Part shown: positions 10,373 through 19,849 of the stretch, piece by piece | Numbering within the stretch: the stretch's first letter is position 1 | Layout: every line of letters begins with the position of its first letter | Source: Candidatus Gottesmanbacteria bacterium UBA5942 | GTDB taxonomy: Bacteria; Patescibacteriota; Microgenomatia; UBA10105; UBA927 | Direction of reading: 5' to 3' | Assembly (NCBI GenBank): GCA_002430725.1 | Contig: DJCU01000035.1 | Span: forward strand, 19,324-83,323 | Length of the DNA stretch: 64,000 nucleotides | Made by a program: the position numbers and the translations under genes | Notes under the pieces: model-generated | Database searches by the model: none | What the model saw: only the letters and a program-made list of their open reading frames with translations | Told to the model about the DNA's origin: nothing

Positions 10373-10627
10373 TTAGTAAAGCGGAGTAGCAGCGAGTTTT
10401 TTACGTATGATAAGGATAAGGGCTGCGAGTGCTACAAGATATACTCCGCCACTTACACACACCCGCGCTACCGAGACTGTTTCGAGAACCATCAACAACG
10501 CGCCGCTTACCAGTGTCCCCGCAGTCGCGACATAGGTTAATAAAAGTTTTTGTTTCGTAGGAGTGTAAGCCGCAAGCGAGGCGATGATTAAACTCGTGAA
10601 GGCAACAACAACGTGAGTAACTAACAT
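10373..10627 (-). CDS. Small three-TM membrane protein
   Basis: Hydrophobic ORF; TATACT 8 nt upstream of the ATG. Confidence 0.65.
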   Translation of the reverse strand: MLVTHVVVAFTSLIIASLAAYTPTKQKLLLTYVATAGTLVSGALLMVLETVSVARVCVSGGVYLVALAALILIIRKKLAATPLY

Positions 10628-10646
10628 AGCTACTCAGTATAGCGTA

Positions 10647-10991
10647 TTATTTCTTTCTAAATTTTGCGAATATTTTCTTGATATCTTCTATCAACAAGGC
10701 AAATCCAACTACTCCACCATCATTATCGCCAAGTCCTGTCATGCGAACGAGTCTCCGCTCTCTCCCTCGAGTAACCGCCCTGAGCGCGGGGGAATCCTGA
10801 GCTACTATTACTCCTTCGAAATCGCGGACATCCCTTCCAGTCGCATTTGCTAATTCCTCCACTCCCGCAGGGATACCTGCCCCCCGCAGAGCAGTTGCAT
10901 CACGAAATTTTCGTTGTCGTTCATTTCCGTTTGCCATATTACCATTCCCAAACAAAGAAACGGTAATTATAACGTAAGAGGTGTCATACAT
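10647..10991 (-). CDS. Hypothetical protein; start may be the internal ATG near 10937
   Basis: ORF fills the intergenic gap; no recognisable motif. Confidence 0.45.
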   Translation of the reverse strand: MYDTSYVIITVSLFGNGNMANGNERQRKFRDATALRGAGIPAGVEELANATGRDVRDFEGVIVAQDSPALRAVTRGRERRLVRMTGLGDNDGGVVGFALLIEDIKKIFAKFRKK

Positions 10992-11030
10992 ACCACCGGA
11001 AGGCTAAATTAAGGTATAATACCCATTACA

Positions 11031-11101
11031 TGCGGGATCGTATAATGGTAGTACAGCAGACTCTGAATCTGCTTATCTAGGTTCGAATCCTAGTCCCGCA
11101 G
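11031..11101 (+). tRNA. tRNA-Gln(CTG), CCA not encoded
   Basis: Acceptor TGCGGGA/TCCCGCA (U1-A72); anticodon arm GCAGA-CTCTGAA-TCTGC; T arm CTAGG-TTCGAAT-CCTAG; TATAAT at 11015-11020. Confidence 0.96.
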
Positions 11102-11102
11102 C

Positions 11103-11591
11103 ATGGTAAAGATCGCAAAATTTCTCCTCAACCGAAAAGAGCCTCGTATCCCGTTTACCCAGGCTGGTTACGACAAGCTAGCCGAAGAAAAAAAATCGCT
11201 GGAAGCAAAACGACCAGAAGCGGTCGAGCACCTCAAAAAAGCGAGGGAAATGGGTGACTTATCTGAAAACGGATATTACAAAGCCTCCCGACAGCAACTC
11301 AACTTTATCGATGGCAGACTGAAACGACTGACAAAAATTCTAAAACGGGCTGAAATCGTCACTTCGGTAGCAAATGGCACTGTGCAAATCGGAAGCACAG
11401 TAAAACTGCAAAGTGGAAATCAGAAATACGAGTACACAATCGTTGGCGGGTACGAATCAAACCCAGATCAAAAATCTATTTCACATATTTCCCCACTTGG
11501 TAGCGCAATCTTTGGAAAAAGAAAAAACGATGTGGTGAAATTTCAGGCACCATCAGGCATCAAAATATTTACTATCACAGAAATATCGTAA
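11103..11591 (+). CDS. greA: Transcription elongation factor GreA
   Basis: AREMGDLSENG, ISHISPLG. Confidence 0.9.
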   Translation: MVKIAKFLLNRKEPRIPFTQAGYDKLAEEKKSLEAKRPEAVEHLKKAREMGDLSENGYYKASRQQLNFIDGRLKRLTKILKRAEIVTSVANGTVQIGSTVKLQSGNQKYEYTIVGGYESNPDQKSISHISPLGSAIFGKRKNDVVKFQAPSGIKIFTITEIS

Positions 11592-11597
11592 CTATTT

Positions 11598-12133
11598 CTA
11601 TTTCTCCAGAAGCTCTAACAATTTTTTCGAGGTATTATAATTTCTCATTGTCATATCCTGATAAATTTTCTTTCCTATAATTTTATTTATCCCGCTTTTG
11701 GTAAGACCACTGAGCAATGTCGCCATGTAAACCGCTCCTGTGCCGGGAACTATCACATCAATACCTTCTTTTGGCTGCATTTCCTTCATCACATCCGATG
11801 AGGATACCGGCTTTTTGATAAACGCTATATAGCAGCGGATATCTTTACGAGTTTTCCAACCTTTCGGTACTTCATCTAATACAGTCTTATATTGTTTATG
11901 GGAGAGCACTACCACTCGCACAGGTAAATGAAATTGTTTATGTATCACTTGTTCAAGCTCCTTTTCGATAGATGCAACACTTTTTTTGTTGTTTCGACTA
12001 TCAAATTGCCACTCGCTATATAAGTAATGACATTAGTAAATCCTGCCTTTTCAACAGCAAGTTTCAAATCGGCCATTTTTATCAGTGTATTACCACCGAC
12101 ATTTATGCCACGAAGGAGGGCGACATATTTCAT
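11598..12133 (-). pseudogene. DUF1697-family gene split by a frameshift at an A7 run
   Basis: 5' ORF MKYVALLRGINVGG...TYIASGN and 3' ORF ...TMRNYNT join in the -1 frame at the T7 run, 11981-11987. Confidence 0.8.
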
Positions 12134-12168
12134 ACACACAATGTACCATTTCTCACACTCGAGGAAAA

Positions 12169-12891
12169 CTATTGAGGCAAGGTGACTTCCACTCTGACGC
12201 TATGGTAGGAGTATACTCCCTCTGTGTCATCGGAGACTTCGGCAAGCTCTGGATTTTTCAAACGATGTACTTCTTCTAAGATAACCTCTTGTGTCGCACG
12301 TACCTCACGAATACCAGTATTTACCCGAAAGACAGGTATGCCACGCTTCTCTAGATCAGCAATAAGCCTATCCCAGTATGGCTGCAACTCATGTGGATCA
12401 TGTGCCACTAAGCCATCACGCTTAAGTGCGCGGTCTTTGATGGTGCTGTCATCGGCATGGAGATAAACCACCATATCTGGCTTAGGAAATGTAGACATAT
12501 GATGCTCGTATAACCACTGTAGATACGAAAATTGATCATCGCTCATTAGTCCCTGATCGTGGAGATACCGGTTATATATATCAGTAGCCAGCACACCGCT
12601 TTCGCGAAAGTGTGGGTCAGTAAGGCCATCAGTTTTGGTATCGAGAATTTCTAGCTGCATGAGTTGTGTCGTTTTATGTAGCTGATTTTGGAACGAAAAC
12701 TTTTTAGGGTTTTCCAAAAATAATGGAAACACAGGATTATCCGGCTCAGTATGCACGGTAAACCCACTGTCTTGGAGAGATCGAAGAAGTGTTGATTTCC
12801 CCGAACAAGCCGCGCCAATGACGGTAATCTGAAATGGTTTTTGCAGTTCGTGTTCTCGCAACTCAGGTGGAGTAATGTACGCTTCTCTCAT
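12169..12891 (-). CDS. Deoxynucleoside kinase family protein
   Basis: GAACSGKST, EP, PKPDMVVYL. Confidence 0.75.
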   Translation of the reverse strand: MREAYITPPELREHELQKPFQITVIGAACSGKSTLLRSLQDSGFTVHTEPDNPVFPLFLENPKKFSFQNQLHKTTQLMQLEILDTKTDGLTDPHFRESGVLATDIYNRYLHDQGLMSDDQFSYLQWLYEHHMSTFPKPDMVVYLHADDSTIKDRALKRDGLVAHDPHELQPYWDRLIADLEKRGIPVFRVNTGIREVRATQEVILEEVHRLKNPELAEVSDDTEGVYSYHSVRVEVTLPQ

Positions 12892-12984
12892 TCAAATAAT
12901 TTTGGGGCAGTGACTTTGTATCACTATACTACTATTTTTCAGTTTGTAAAATACCTTTTTCCTCTATTTGTTATAATCAGGGTT

Positions 12985-13863
12985 GTGATAAAAGCTCTTG
13001 TCATCGATATAGACGGTGTTATAGTCGGAGAAAAGATCGGTTACAATACACCGTACCCTCATCCCGATGTCATCAATCGCCTTGCAGCGATAAAAAATAG
13101 CGGTATTCCTGTTGTGCTTTGCACTGCCAAACCACACTACTCTATCGCTCCCATCATAGAATCTGCCAAACTCACCAATCCGCACATCACGTTTGCCGGA
13201 GGTATTATCATCGATCCATTACAAAATAAAATTGTCGAGTCACATCCTATATCGTCACCACTTTCTGAAAACATCTTACGCGCGTGTATTGCGGAAAACT
13301 TTTATATGGAGCTCTATACGAGAGACGCTTACTATGTGCTAAAAAATCAAGTATCAGACCTTACGAAAGTCCACACTCATATTCTTCAGCAAGAACCTAT
13401 CCTCGTTGATTCACTCGAACAAGTAGCCAGTACACAGGAAATATTCAAAATACTTCCTATCGTCCCTGACGAGTCTGGAATACCAAAAGTAACCGATACA
13501 CTTGCGCCTTTTATGAACTCGATAGAGACAACATGGAGCATTCATCCCATCGCAAAACCCCATCAATTTTGCAACATTGCGCCAAAAAATGTATCAAAAC
13601 GACAAGCCACCCTCAATGTACTTTCGCATCTTGGAATAGAACCGAACGATACACTAAGCGTGGGAGATAGCACGAGCGATTGGAAATTTATGGAGCTATG
13701 CGGGTTTGTCGCAACTCTAGAAAATGGACAAGAACCGCTCAAAAAACTTGTCAGTGACAAGGGCAATGCCGGATTTATTGGCGGACATGTCGATACCAAT
13801 GGGTTTCTCGCTATTGTCGACCATTTTACAGTTCCCTCTTCCCCTCCCCCAAAATCCCGCTAA
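12985..13863 (+). CDS. Cof-type HAD hydrolase
   Basis: DIDGV, CTAK, VSK, GDSTSD; GTG start 7 nt after TGtTATAAT. Confidence 0.85.
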   Translation: MIKALVIDIDGVIVGEKIGYNTPYPHPDVINRLAAIKNSGIPVVLCTAKPHYSIAPIIESAKLTNPHITFAGGIIIDPLQNKIVESHPISSPLSENILRACIAENFYMELYTRDAYYVLKNQVSDLTKVHTHILQQEPILVDSLEQVASTQEIFKILPIVPDESGIPKVTDTLAPFMNSIETTWSIHPIAKPHQFCNIAPKNVSKRQATLNVLSHLGIEPNDTLSVGDSTSDWKFMELCGFVATLENGQEPLKKLVSDKGNAGFIGGHVDTNGFLAIVDHFTVPSSPPPKSR

Positions 13864-13893
13864 CCATCGCACAGGTTCTTTTTCTTTCTTTTC

Positions 13894-14991
13894 ATGATCA
13901 ATTATTACCAACCATTTTTGTTGCCATTTCTTACATTAAAACGACATCGATTGCCGACTGGTGTACATCAAACTCATTTTCTATCGTTTGAAGACGCGCT
14001 CTGGGTATTACTTAGCAGGAAAGGCATGACACTAGGTTCAGTCATTCTCATTCCTGATTTTTATTGCATGGATGTCGTTATAAATATCAAAAATCACGGG
14101 TTTAACCCTGTGTATTATCCGATGGACGACAATTTTCAAGTAGAGCTCCCGATACTCAACGCGCATATAAGTGCTTATACACCTGCAGCCATTATCCTAT
14201 TTGACGCGTGTGGTATTCCTTGTTTACGTATGTCTGAAATGAAAAAATTGACACGCAACAATCCAAATATAATTTTCATACAAGACGCGGTGCATCGTCT
14301 TATAGAACCCAATAAGGTGAGGCTTGTCGCTCATAATCATTATCTCATTGATAGCCTTCGCAAAGTTTCACCCTTACCCGGTAGCAATATATATTGGAAA
14401 ACCGGAAGCCAAACTATCTCACCGGACACAAACCGAAACGAGTGGTGTTATCGACTCTCAGTACATGTCTGGTATGTATTTTTCCGCGTGTTGTTGACCA
14501 CAGCAACTCTCATGCGCATACCCCGACTTATTCTGTATGCGCATGAAAAAACTCTAAAATCACACGACGACATCGTGGGCGACAGCACCGGAGGATATGC
14601 AGGAAACCCACTCACACCCCATATCCTGACGCATTTTCATTTTGCCAAAGTTCAAAAACATAAACGTCATCAGGTTGAGCTGTATGAAAAACTTTTACGA
14701 AACGTGTGTCAAAACAATTTCCAATGGTTTCCTGTCACTATTCCTGATAAGGCAAAGCAAGAACTCCATGTATATCCACTTGGTTTCCGACATAACGGTG
14801 ACATGGAGCAACTTAAAAAAATTGAAAACCTGCTACACAGACAACACATCCTCGTATGGTTCAAATTTCCCGAAGCCCCATGGAGTGACAAACGCAGCGT
14901 CTTATTTCTTCCGCTAGGATTTCATATCCGTAACAAAGATATATTTTTTATCGCTCAAACATTAAAAGAAATTATTTCGCGCGAAGCATAG
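13894..14991 (+). CDS. Divergent DegT/DnrJ-like PLP-fold protein
   Basis: IPDFYC, IQDAVH, DSLRK, LFLPL. Confidence 0.6.
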   Translation: MINYYQPFLLPFLTLKRHRLPTGVHQTHFLSFEDALWVLLSRKGMTLGSVILIPDFYCMDVVINIKNHGFNPVYYPMDDNFQVELPILNAHISAYTPAAIILFDACGIPCLRMSEMKKLTRNNPNIIFIQDAVHRLIEPNKVRLVAHNHYLIDSLRKVSPLPGSNIYWKTGSQTISPDTNRNEWCYRLSVHVWYVFFRVLLTTATLMRIPRLILYAHEKTLKSHDDIVGDSTGGYAGNPLTPHILTHFHFAKVQKHKRHQVELYEKLLRNVCQNNFQWFPVTIPDKAKQELHVYPLGFRHNGDMEQLKKIENLLHRQHILVWFKFPEAPWSDKRSVLFLPLGFHIRNKDIFFIAQTLKEIISREA

Positions 14992-16156
14992 CGTTTGCCA
15001 CACTACGAGCAAGACGCGGGTCAAATGGGTCAGGAACTATAAAGTGAGGGGTTGGTTTTTTGACTAAATCTGCAATCGCATCGGTTGCGGCAAGCTTCAT
15101 CTGTGGAGTGATGGCCGTAAGTCTCCCGCGGATAACTGCACGAAATACTCCGGGAAATGCCAATACGTTGTTTATCTGATTGGAGAAATCACTTCTTCCG
15201 GTGGCAACAATTGCGGCTCCTGCGCGAAGTGCTATATCAGGCATAATTTCTGGAATAGGATTTGCCATAGCAAATACAATTGACTTAGGCGCCATAGCGC
15301 TAATCATTTCAGGGAATATTGTTTGCGGCCCAGACACCCCTATCACCACATCTGCCCCCCGTATAACCGTAGTCAGATCCCCATGCTTTCGATCACGATT
15401 AGACACGCTTGCCACAGCTTGTTTATATATATTTTGATCATTACGCCCCGGCAACAGCGCTCCATTTTTATCTACAACAATCACATCGTGCACTCTTCGG
15501 CTCCCTGGTAATACATCACATGTATCACTCTCGCACGTTAACCCCAACAGCATTTTTGCAGTCGCAAGTCCTGCCGCGCCCGCTCCCACAATAACCACAC
15601 GCAATTCTTCATATCGTTTTCCTACCACTTTGGCAGCATTGCGTAGCGCTGCTCCCACCACAATCGCTGTCCCATGCTGATCATCATGAAACACCGGAAT
15701 ACCTATTTGCTGCAGCGCCTCTTCTATTTGAAAACATCGAGGCGCGCTGATATCTTCTAGCAATATCCCTGCAAATGACGGAGCAACGTGGGTAACAAAT
15801 CGGATAATATCCGAAGGTTCTTGCGTATCTAACACCAGTGGTACCGCATCAACCCCTCCAAATTGTTTTAGCAATAACGCTTTACCTTCCATAACGGGCA
15901 AGGCAGCAACCGGACCAATATTTCCTAACCCTAATACAGCTGACCCATCAGACACCACTGCGACAGCTCTACCACGCCATGTGTAGTCATACGATAACAT
16001 GGGCTTACTCGCAATAGCAGAGCTTACCGTAGCCACCCCTGGGGTATATACAAGCGATAAATCATCGCGAGTATTGATCGAAGTAACCGACCCTGTAACA
16101 AGCTTCCCTTGATGTTTTTTGTGAAAATCTAGCGCTTTTTTTCCTATGTCTTTCAT
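14972..16156 (-). CDS. NAD(P)-dependent malic enzyme
   Basis: YTPGVA, VMEGK, LEDISAPRCF, FHDDQHGTA, GAGAAG, NQINN. Confidence 0.93.
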   Translation of the reverse strand: MKDIGKKALDFHKKHQGKLVTGSVTSINTRDDLSLVYTPGVATVSSAIASKPMLSYDYTWRGRAVAVVSDGSAVLGLGNIGPVAALPVMEGKALLLKQFGGVDAVPLVLDTQEPSDIIRFVTHVAPSFAGILLEDISAPRCFQIEEALQQIGIPVFHDDQHGTAIVVGAALRNAAKVVGKRYEELRVVIVGAGAAGLATAKMLLGLTCESDTCDVLPGSRRVHDVIVVDKNGALLPGRNDQNIYKQAVASVSNRDRKHGDLTTVIRGADVVIGVSGPQTIFPEMISAMAPKSIVFAMANPIPEIMPDIALRAGAAIVATGRSDFSNQINNVLAFPGVFRAVIRGRLTAITPQMKLAATDAIADLVKKPTPHFIVPDPFDPRLARSVANAMLRAK

Positions 16157-16230
16157 AAAAATTGTTTTTTGTATTATAACAACGAAAAACGAACAAGATG
16201 CAACAAGATAAATATCGTATAATGATCAAC

Positions 16231-17073
16231 ATGCATTGGCTTATTTTTGGAGCTCTCAACGTCTTTGGATTTTCTGTCGCCGCGATATTTCAAAAACTCG
16301 CTATGAAAAAAAGCGACAGCGATCCAGTAACTTCTTCTATTATTTTTGAGTTTCTTTTGGCCATCGTTGGAGGAATTGTCGCACTTGCTGTCGGCTTTAC
16401 CCTGCCACCTTCCAATATATGGGTATATCTTCTTATCATTGGATTTCTTTATGCATACGGCAATTTACTTTTTTTTCGAGCAATAAAAACTATCGAGGCT
16501 TCAGAAATGAGTATCCTTGGAAGCGCGGGCACGCTTGTCAGCGTCATATTGTCATATATTTTTTTGAACGAGCGCCTTAGTGCAGCGCAGATTGTTGGTG
16601 TAGTATTTATTCTTGCGGCAGTAGTTGTCATCAACTACAACCGTCATAAGTTCCAGTTAAGCATTGGCGCGTGGCAAGCACTTGGAGGAGCGGCCTGTTT
16701 TGGTACTGCAATTATTTTTGATGCTGTTATTCTCAAGTCATACACCGCCATTTCCTACCTTCCTGTCGGCGCGTTTATTATTGGCATCATCCTGCTGCTA
16801 TCATTTCCGAAATCAATGAAAAAAATGGTACAAGACGTCAAGACAATTAACACAAATCTCATTATCTACGGTGTGTTGTATACATTTTCAGCGCTTATGT
16901 TTTATATTCCGCTACAGTACGGAACGTATGTTTCCCAACTGAGCGCGGTCGGGAGAGTGTCAATAATTCTTACCGTTATTCTAAGTGCAATATTTCTTAA
17001 AGAACGATCGCATATTGGCAAAAAAATCATTGGTGCTATACTCACCACGATCGGTATTTTTCTTATTCGATAA
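16231..17073 (+). CDS. DMT/EamA family transporter
   Basis: About 10 TM helices, duplicated FLxER halves; ATG 7 nt after TATAAT. Confidence 0.88.
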   Translation: MHWLIFGALNVFGFSVAAIFQKLAMKKSDSDPVTSSIIFEFLLAIVGGIVALAVGFTLPPSNIWVYLLIIGFLYAYGNLLFFRAIKTIEASEMSILGSAGTLVSVILSYIFLNERLSAAQIVGVVFILAAVVVINYNRHKFQLSIGAWQALGGAACFGTAIIFDAVILKSYTAISYLPVGAFIIGIILLLSFPKSMKKMVQDVKTINTNLIIYGVLYTFSALMFYIPLQYGTYVSQLSAVGRVSIILTVILSAIFLKERSHIGKKIIGAILTTIGIFLIR

Positions 17074-17076
17074 TTC

Positions 17077-17904
17077 ATGAAAGATAAATATTCTGCAGTT
17101 TGGGTATCTCACTCATCTATCAGTGATTATCTAAAATGCCCGCGGGCATATTACCTACGGAACGTCTATCGTGACCCCAAAACAAACCGGAAAATTTCTG
17201 TTATGGAACCCCCGCTTGCCTTGGGTCAGGCAGTACATGACGCTATAGATACGCTATCTAAATTACCCGCAGAAGAACGTTTTACCACTCCGCTTATGAA
17301 TACGTTTGAAAAAATTTGGGAAAACGTCAGTGGACAAAAAGGTGGTTTTACCGACAACGAACAGGAAGAAAAATTCAAAACACGCGCCAAAGACATGATC
17401 AATCGCGTCACGACACACCCTGGCCCTCTCGCCAAAAAAACTATTAAAATTCGACAAGAGCTTCCATACTACTGGCTATCAGAAGAAGACAATATTATTC
17501 TCTGCGGCAAAGTTGACTGGCTGGAATATAGAGAAGATACCGATAGTGTCCGTATTATCGATTTTAAAACAGGCAAGTTTGATGAAGACCCTGAATCACT
17601 GCAACTACCTATCTATTATCTGCTCGCAAGCCATACGCAAACGAAGCCAATTACTGGCATCAGCTATTGGTATCTTGATAGGGATGACGAGCCGGTAGAT
17701 ATGGATATTCCTGATCCTGAAATAGCAGAAAAAAAGGTGCTCGAATTAGCCCGCAAAGTAGCACTTGCTCGAAAACTCGGTCATTTTAAATGTCGCGAAG
17801 GAGAGTGTCGCGCGTGCCGACCGTACGAGTCAGTGCTCGTGGGTAAAGCAACACATGTAGGGATAAACACCTACGGCCAAGACTTGTATATACTTAATAA
17901 GTAA
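17077..17904 (+). CDS. PD-(D/E)XK nuclease, AddB/Cas4-like with four Cys
   Basis: SHSSISDYLKCP, G..VH, GKVDW, IIDFKTG, QL..Y, C-terminal CREGECRAC. Confidence 0.85.
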   Translation: MKDKYSAVWVSHSSISDYLKCPRAYYLRNVYRDPKTNRKISVMEPPLALGQAVHDAIDTLSKLPAEERFTTPLMNTFEKIWENVSGQKGGFTDNEQEEKFKTRAKDMINRVTTHPGPLAKKTIKIRQELPYYWLSEEDNIILCGKVDWLEYREDTDSVRIIDFKTGKFDEDPESLQLPIYYLLASHTQTKPITGISYWYLDRDDEPVDMDIPDPEIAEKKVLELARKVALARKLGHFKCREGECRACRPYESVLVGKATHVGINTYGQDLYILNK

Positions 17905-17980
17905 CTATTAACAGTTTACAGTTAACGGAAAACAATTAACTTTTCTGGTTAATTGTTAATTGTTAAAAGTTAATAGTTAA
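17902..17980. repeat. Inverted array of 7-bp tandem repeats
   Basis: TAACTAT TAACAGT TTACAGT TAACGGA AAACAAT TAAC, then TTAATTG TTAATTG TTAAAAG TTAATAG TTAA. Confidence 0.8.
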
Positions 17981-17984
17981 ACCT

Positions 17985-18314
17985 ATGAACTTTGAAGAAT
18001 TTCAAAAGGTGGTAAAAAAGACTGCTATCTACCCAAATCAGGGCAACAATGTGGCGTACGTCACCCTCGGGCTTGCCGGAGAAGCAGGCGAAGTTGCCGA
18101 CAAAGTCAAAAAACTCATCCGCGATTCCGGAGGGGTTCTTACACCTGATAAACGGAAAGAAATGATCAAGGAATTAGGTGACGTGCTTTGGTATCTTACT
18201 GCGTGTGCGAGCGAACTGGGTGTAGGACTGGAAGAAGTCGCTACCCAAAATGCAAAAAAGGTAGAAGATAGGAAAGTACGCGGTGTCATCTCGGGCGAAG
18301 GTGATAACCGCTAA
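17985..18314 (+). CDS. MazG-like NTP pyrophosphohydrolase
   Basis: GLAGEAGEVADK, ELGDVLWY. Confidence 0.9.
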   Translation: MNFEEFQKVVKKTAIYPNQGNNVAYVTLGLAGEAGEVADKVKKLIRDSGGVLTPDKRKEMIKELGDVLWYLTACASELGVGLEEVATQNAKKVEDRKVRGVISGEGDNR

Positions 18315-18325
18315 ATATATCCCGT

Positions 18326-18952
18326 ATGAAACCTATTCCTCCCTTTGTGGCAAACAGCCCAGATGATACCCACTGTGTGAACGCAGTTTTCCGAATGGTG
18401 CTTATGCACTTTGGAAAACAGGATATGACCTGGGAAGAAATAGATGCAAAAACAAAATCTATCCCCGGTCGCGGGACATGGACGATAGGTGGTGATATTG
18501 TACTCGCGAAACGGGGGATAAAGGTTACCAACATCGAACCCGTAGACTACGATGCACTCTATAAAGAGGGAGTATCATATTTACAACAAGTGTTTGGCGC
18601 TGATACTTCCAAGTACTATCTTGAACGCTCAAATATTGCGGCAGTGATACCAGACATCCCTGAATTTTTACGTCTCGTTCCCCACGAAACCCGCAGGGCA
18701 GAGACTAAGGAAATTATTACGTTTCTCCAAAATGATAATCTTGTCGGCGTGACACTTAATTCAGGTATATTAAATAATAAATCGGGGTTTATGCTTCATT
18801 ATGTACTGTTATACGACTTTGACGGCACTCACTTTTCTCTCCATGACCCTGGTTTACCACCGCAACCGTCACGGAGTATAAGCTTGGAAACATTTGAAAA
18901 AAGTTTTGTCTATCACGGAGGCAACGGGGGTATAGAGATATTCGGACAATAA
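18326..18952 (+). CDS. Peptidase C39-like (papain-fold) protein
   Basis: N-terminal HC, later HYVLL..D and HDP. Confidence 0.6.
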   Translation: MKPIPPFVANSPDDTHCVNAVFRMVLMHFGKQDMTWEEIDAKTKSIPGRGTWTIGGDIVLAKRGIKVTNIEPVDYDALYKEGVSYLQQVFGADTSKYYLERSNIAAVIPDIPEFLRLVPHETRRAETKEIITFLQNDNLVGVTLNSGILNNKSGFMLHYVLLYDFDGTHFSLHDPGLPPQPSRSISLETFEKSFVYHGGNGGIEIFGQ

Positions 18953-18961
18953 AAAAACCTA

Positions 18962-19777
18962 CTACGGGAGTGCCAACATACTTTTTTTCTTCACCAGCAA
19001 TCCGTCTTTCTTGAGTCCGTCTATAATCCGGTGAAAAAATACAGGAGTTTTACCGTACTCCCGCACAAAATCAGCGACTAACTGCGTTTCTTTCGCGTTA
19101 TTTACCCGAAGCACATCGATGATCCGTCCCCGATAATATCGATCCGAATCTTTAAAGGGCGCCTGCTTTTTGACGACATGCATCGCTTTTTTCTCTTTCG
19201 CCATTGCAAGTGCCCCAAAATCCATAAGTGCTTGATGCCATTCCCATGCTCGCCCTGCTGGCACTAACCTATCTGCTGTCATAAGTATTGTTTTTTCCTT
19301 CTGTGGCAACCCATCGAACAAATAATGAGTAATTATCTGACGTATATTGGTGTCCACCATCGCGACATTTTTTTCAAAAGCGAATACCATAATTGCTCGA
19401 GCAGTATATAACCCCAATCCTGGTAGTTTAATAAGCTCTGACTCGCTATCTGGAATTATTCCCCGATAATCAGCCACAATAACTTTTGCGGCTTTTTGAA
19501 AGTAAAGTGCCCGCCTGTTATATCCTAACCCGCGCCATAACGTAAGCACCTGGGCGGGTTGCGCATTGGCCAGACTATATACATCGGGGAGTGCCGCCAG
19601 AAACTCCGCATACTTAGGTATCACTCTTTTGACCTGCGTCTGTTGCAGCATAATTTCAGAAATAAGTATGTGATAAGGGTTTTTCGTATGACGCCATGGC
19701 AAATCCCTCCGGTTATCTTTCCACCAAGAAAAAATCATATCCTGAAATTGCGTCACAGTGGACTGAGTAAGCGTCAT
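18962..19777 (-). CDS. mutY: A/G-specific adenine glycosylase lacking the Fe-S Cys motif
   Basis: RDLPWR, SEIMLQQT, WRGLGY, LPGLGLYTA, VDTN, ALMDFGA. Confidence 0.85.
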   Translation of the reverse strand: MTLTQSTVTQFQDMIFSWWKDNRRDLPWRHTKNPYHILISEIMLQQTQVKRVIPKYAEFLAALPDVYSLANAQPAQVLTLWRGLGYNRRALYFQKAAKVIVADYRGIIPDSESELIKLPGLGLYTARAIMVFAFEKNVAMVDTNIRQIITHYLFDGLPQKEKTILMTADRLVPAGRAWEWHQALMDFGALAMAKEKKAMHVVKKQAPFKDSDRYYRGRIIDVLRVNNAKETQLVADFVREYGKTPVFFHRIIDGLKKDGLLVKKKSMLALP

Positions 19778-19797
19778 TGTGGCAATTTTACCACACC

Positions 19798-19820
19798 AAA
19801 AACCCCGCCTAATGGCGGGG
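19798..19820 (-). terminator. Intrinsic terminator after the DUF5666-like gene
   Basis: CCCCGCC-attA-GGCGGGG followed by TTTTT on the minus strand. Confidence 0.75.
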
Positions 19821-19849
19821 CTAATGGTAAAACTATCTTATCGTTAAAT

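Noticed and set aside
17077-17904. cas4 of a CRISPR-Cas locus
   Set aside because: No cas1, cas2 or array in the window; better described as a solo PD-(D/E)XK nuclease.
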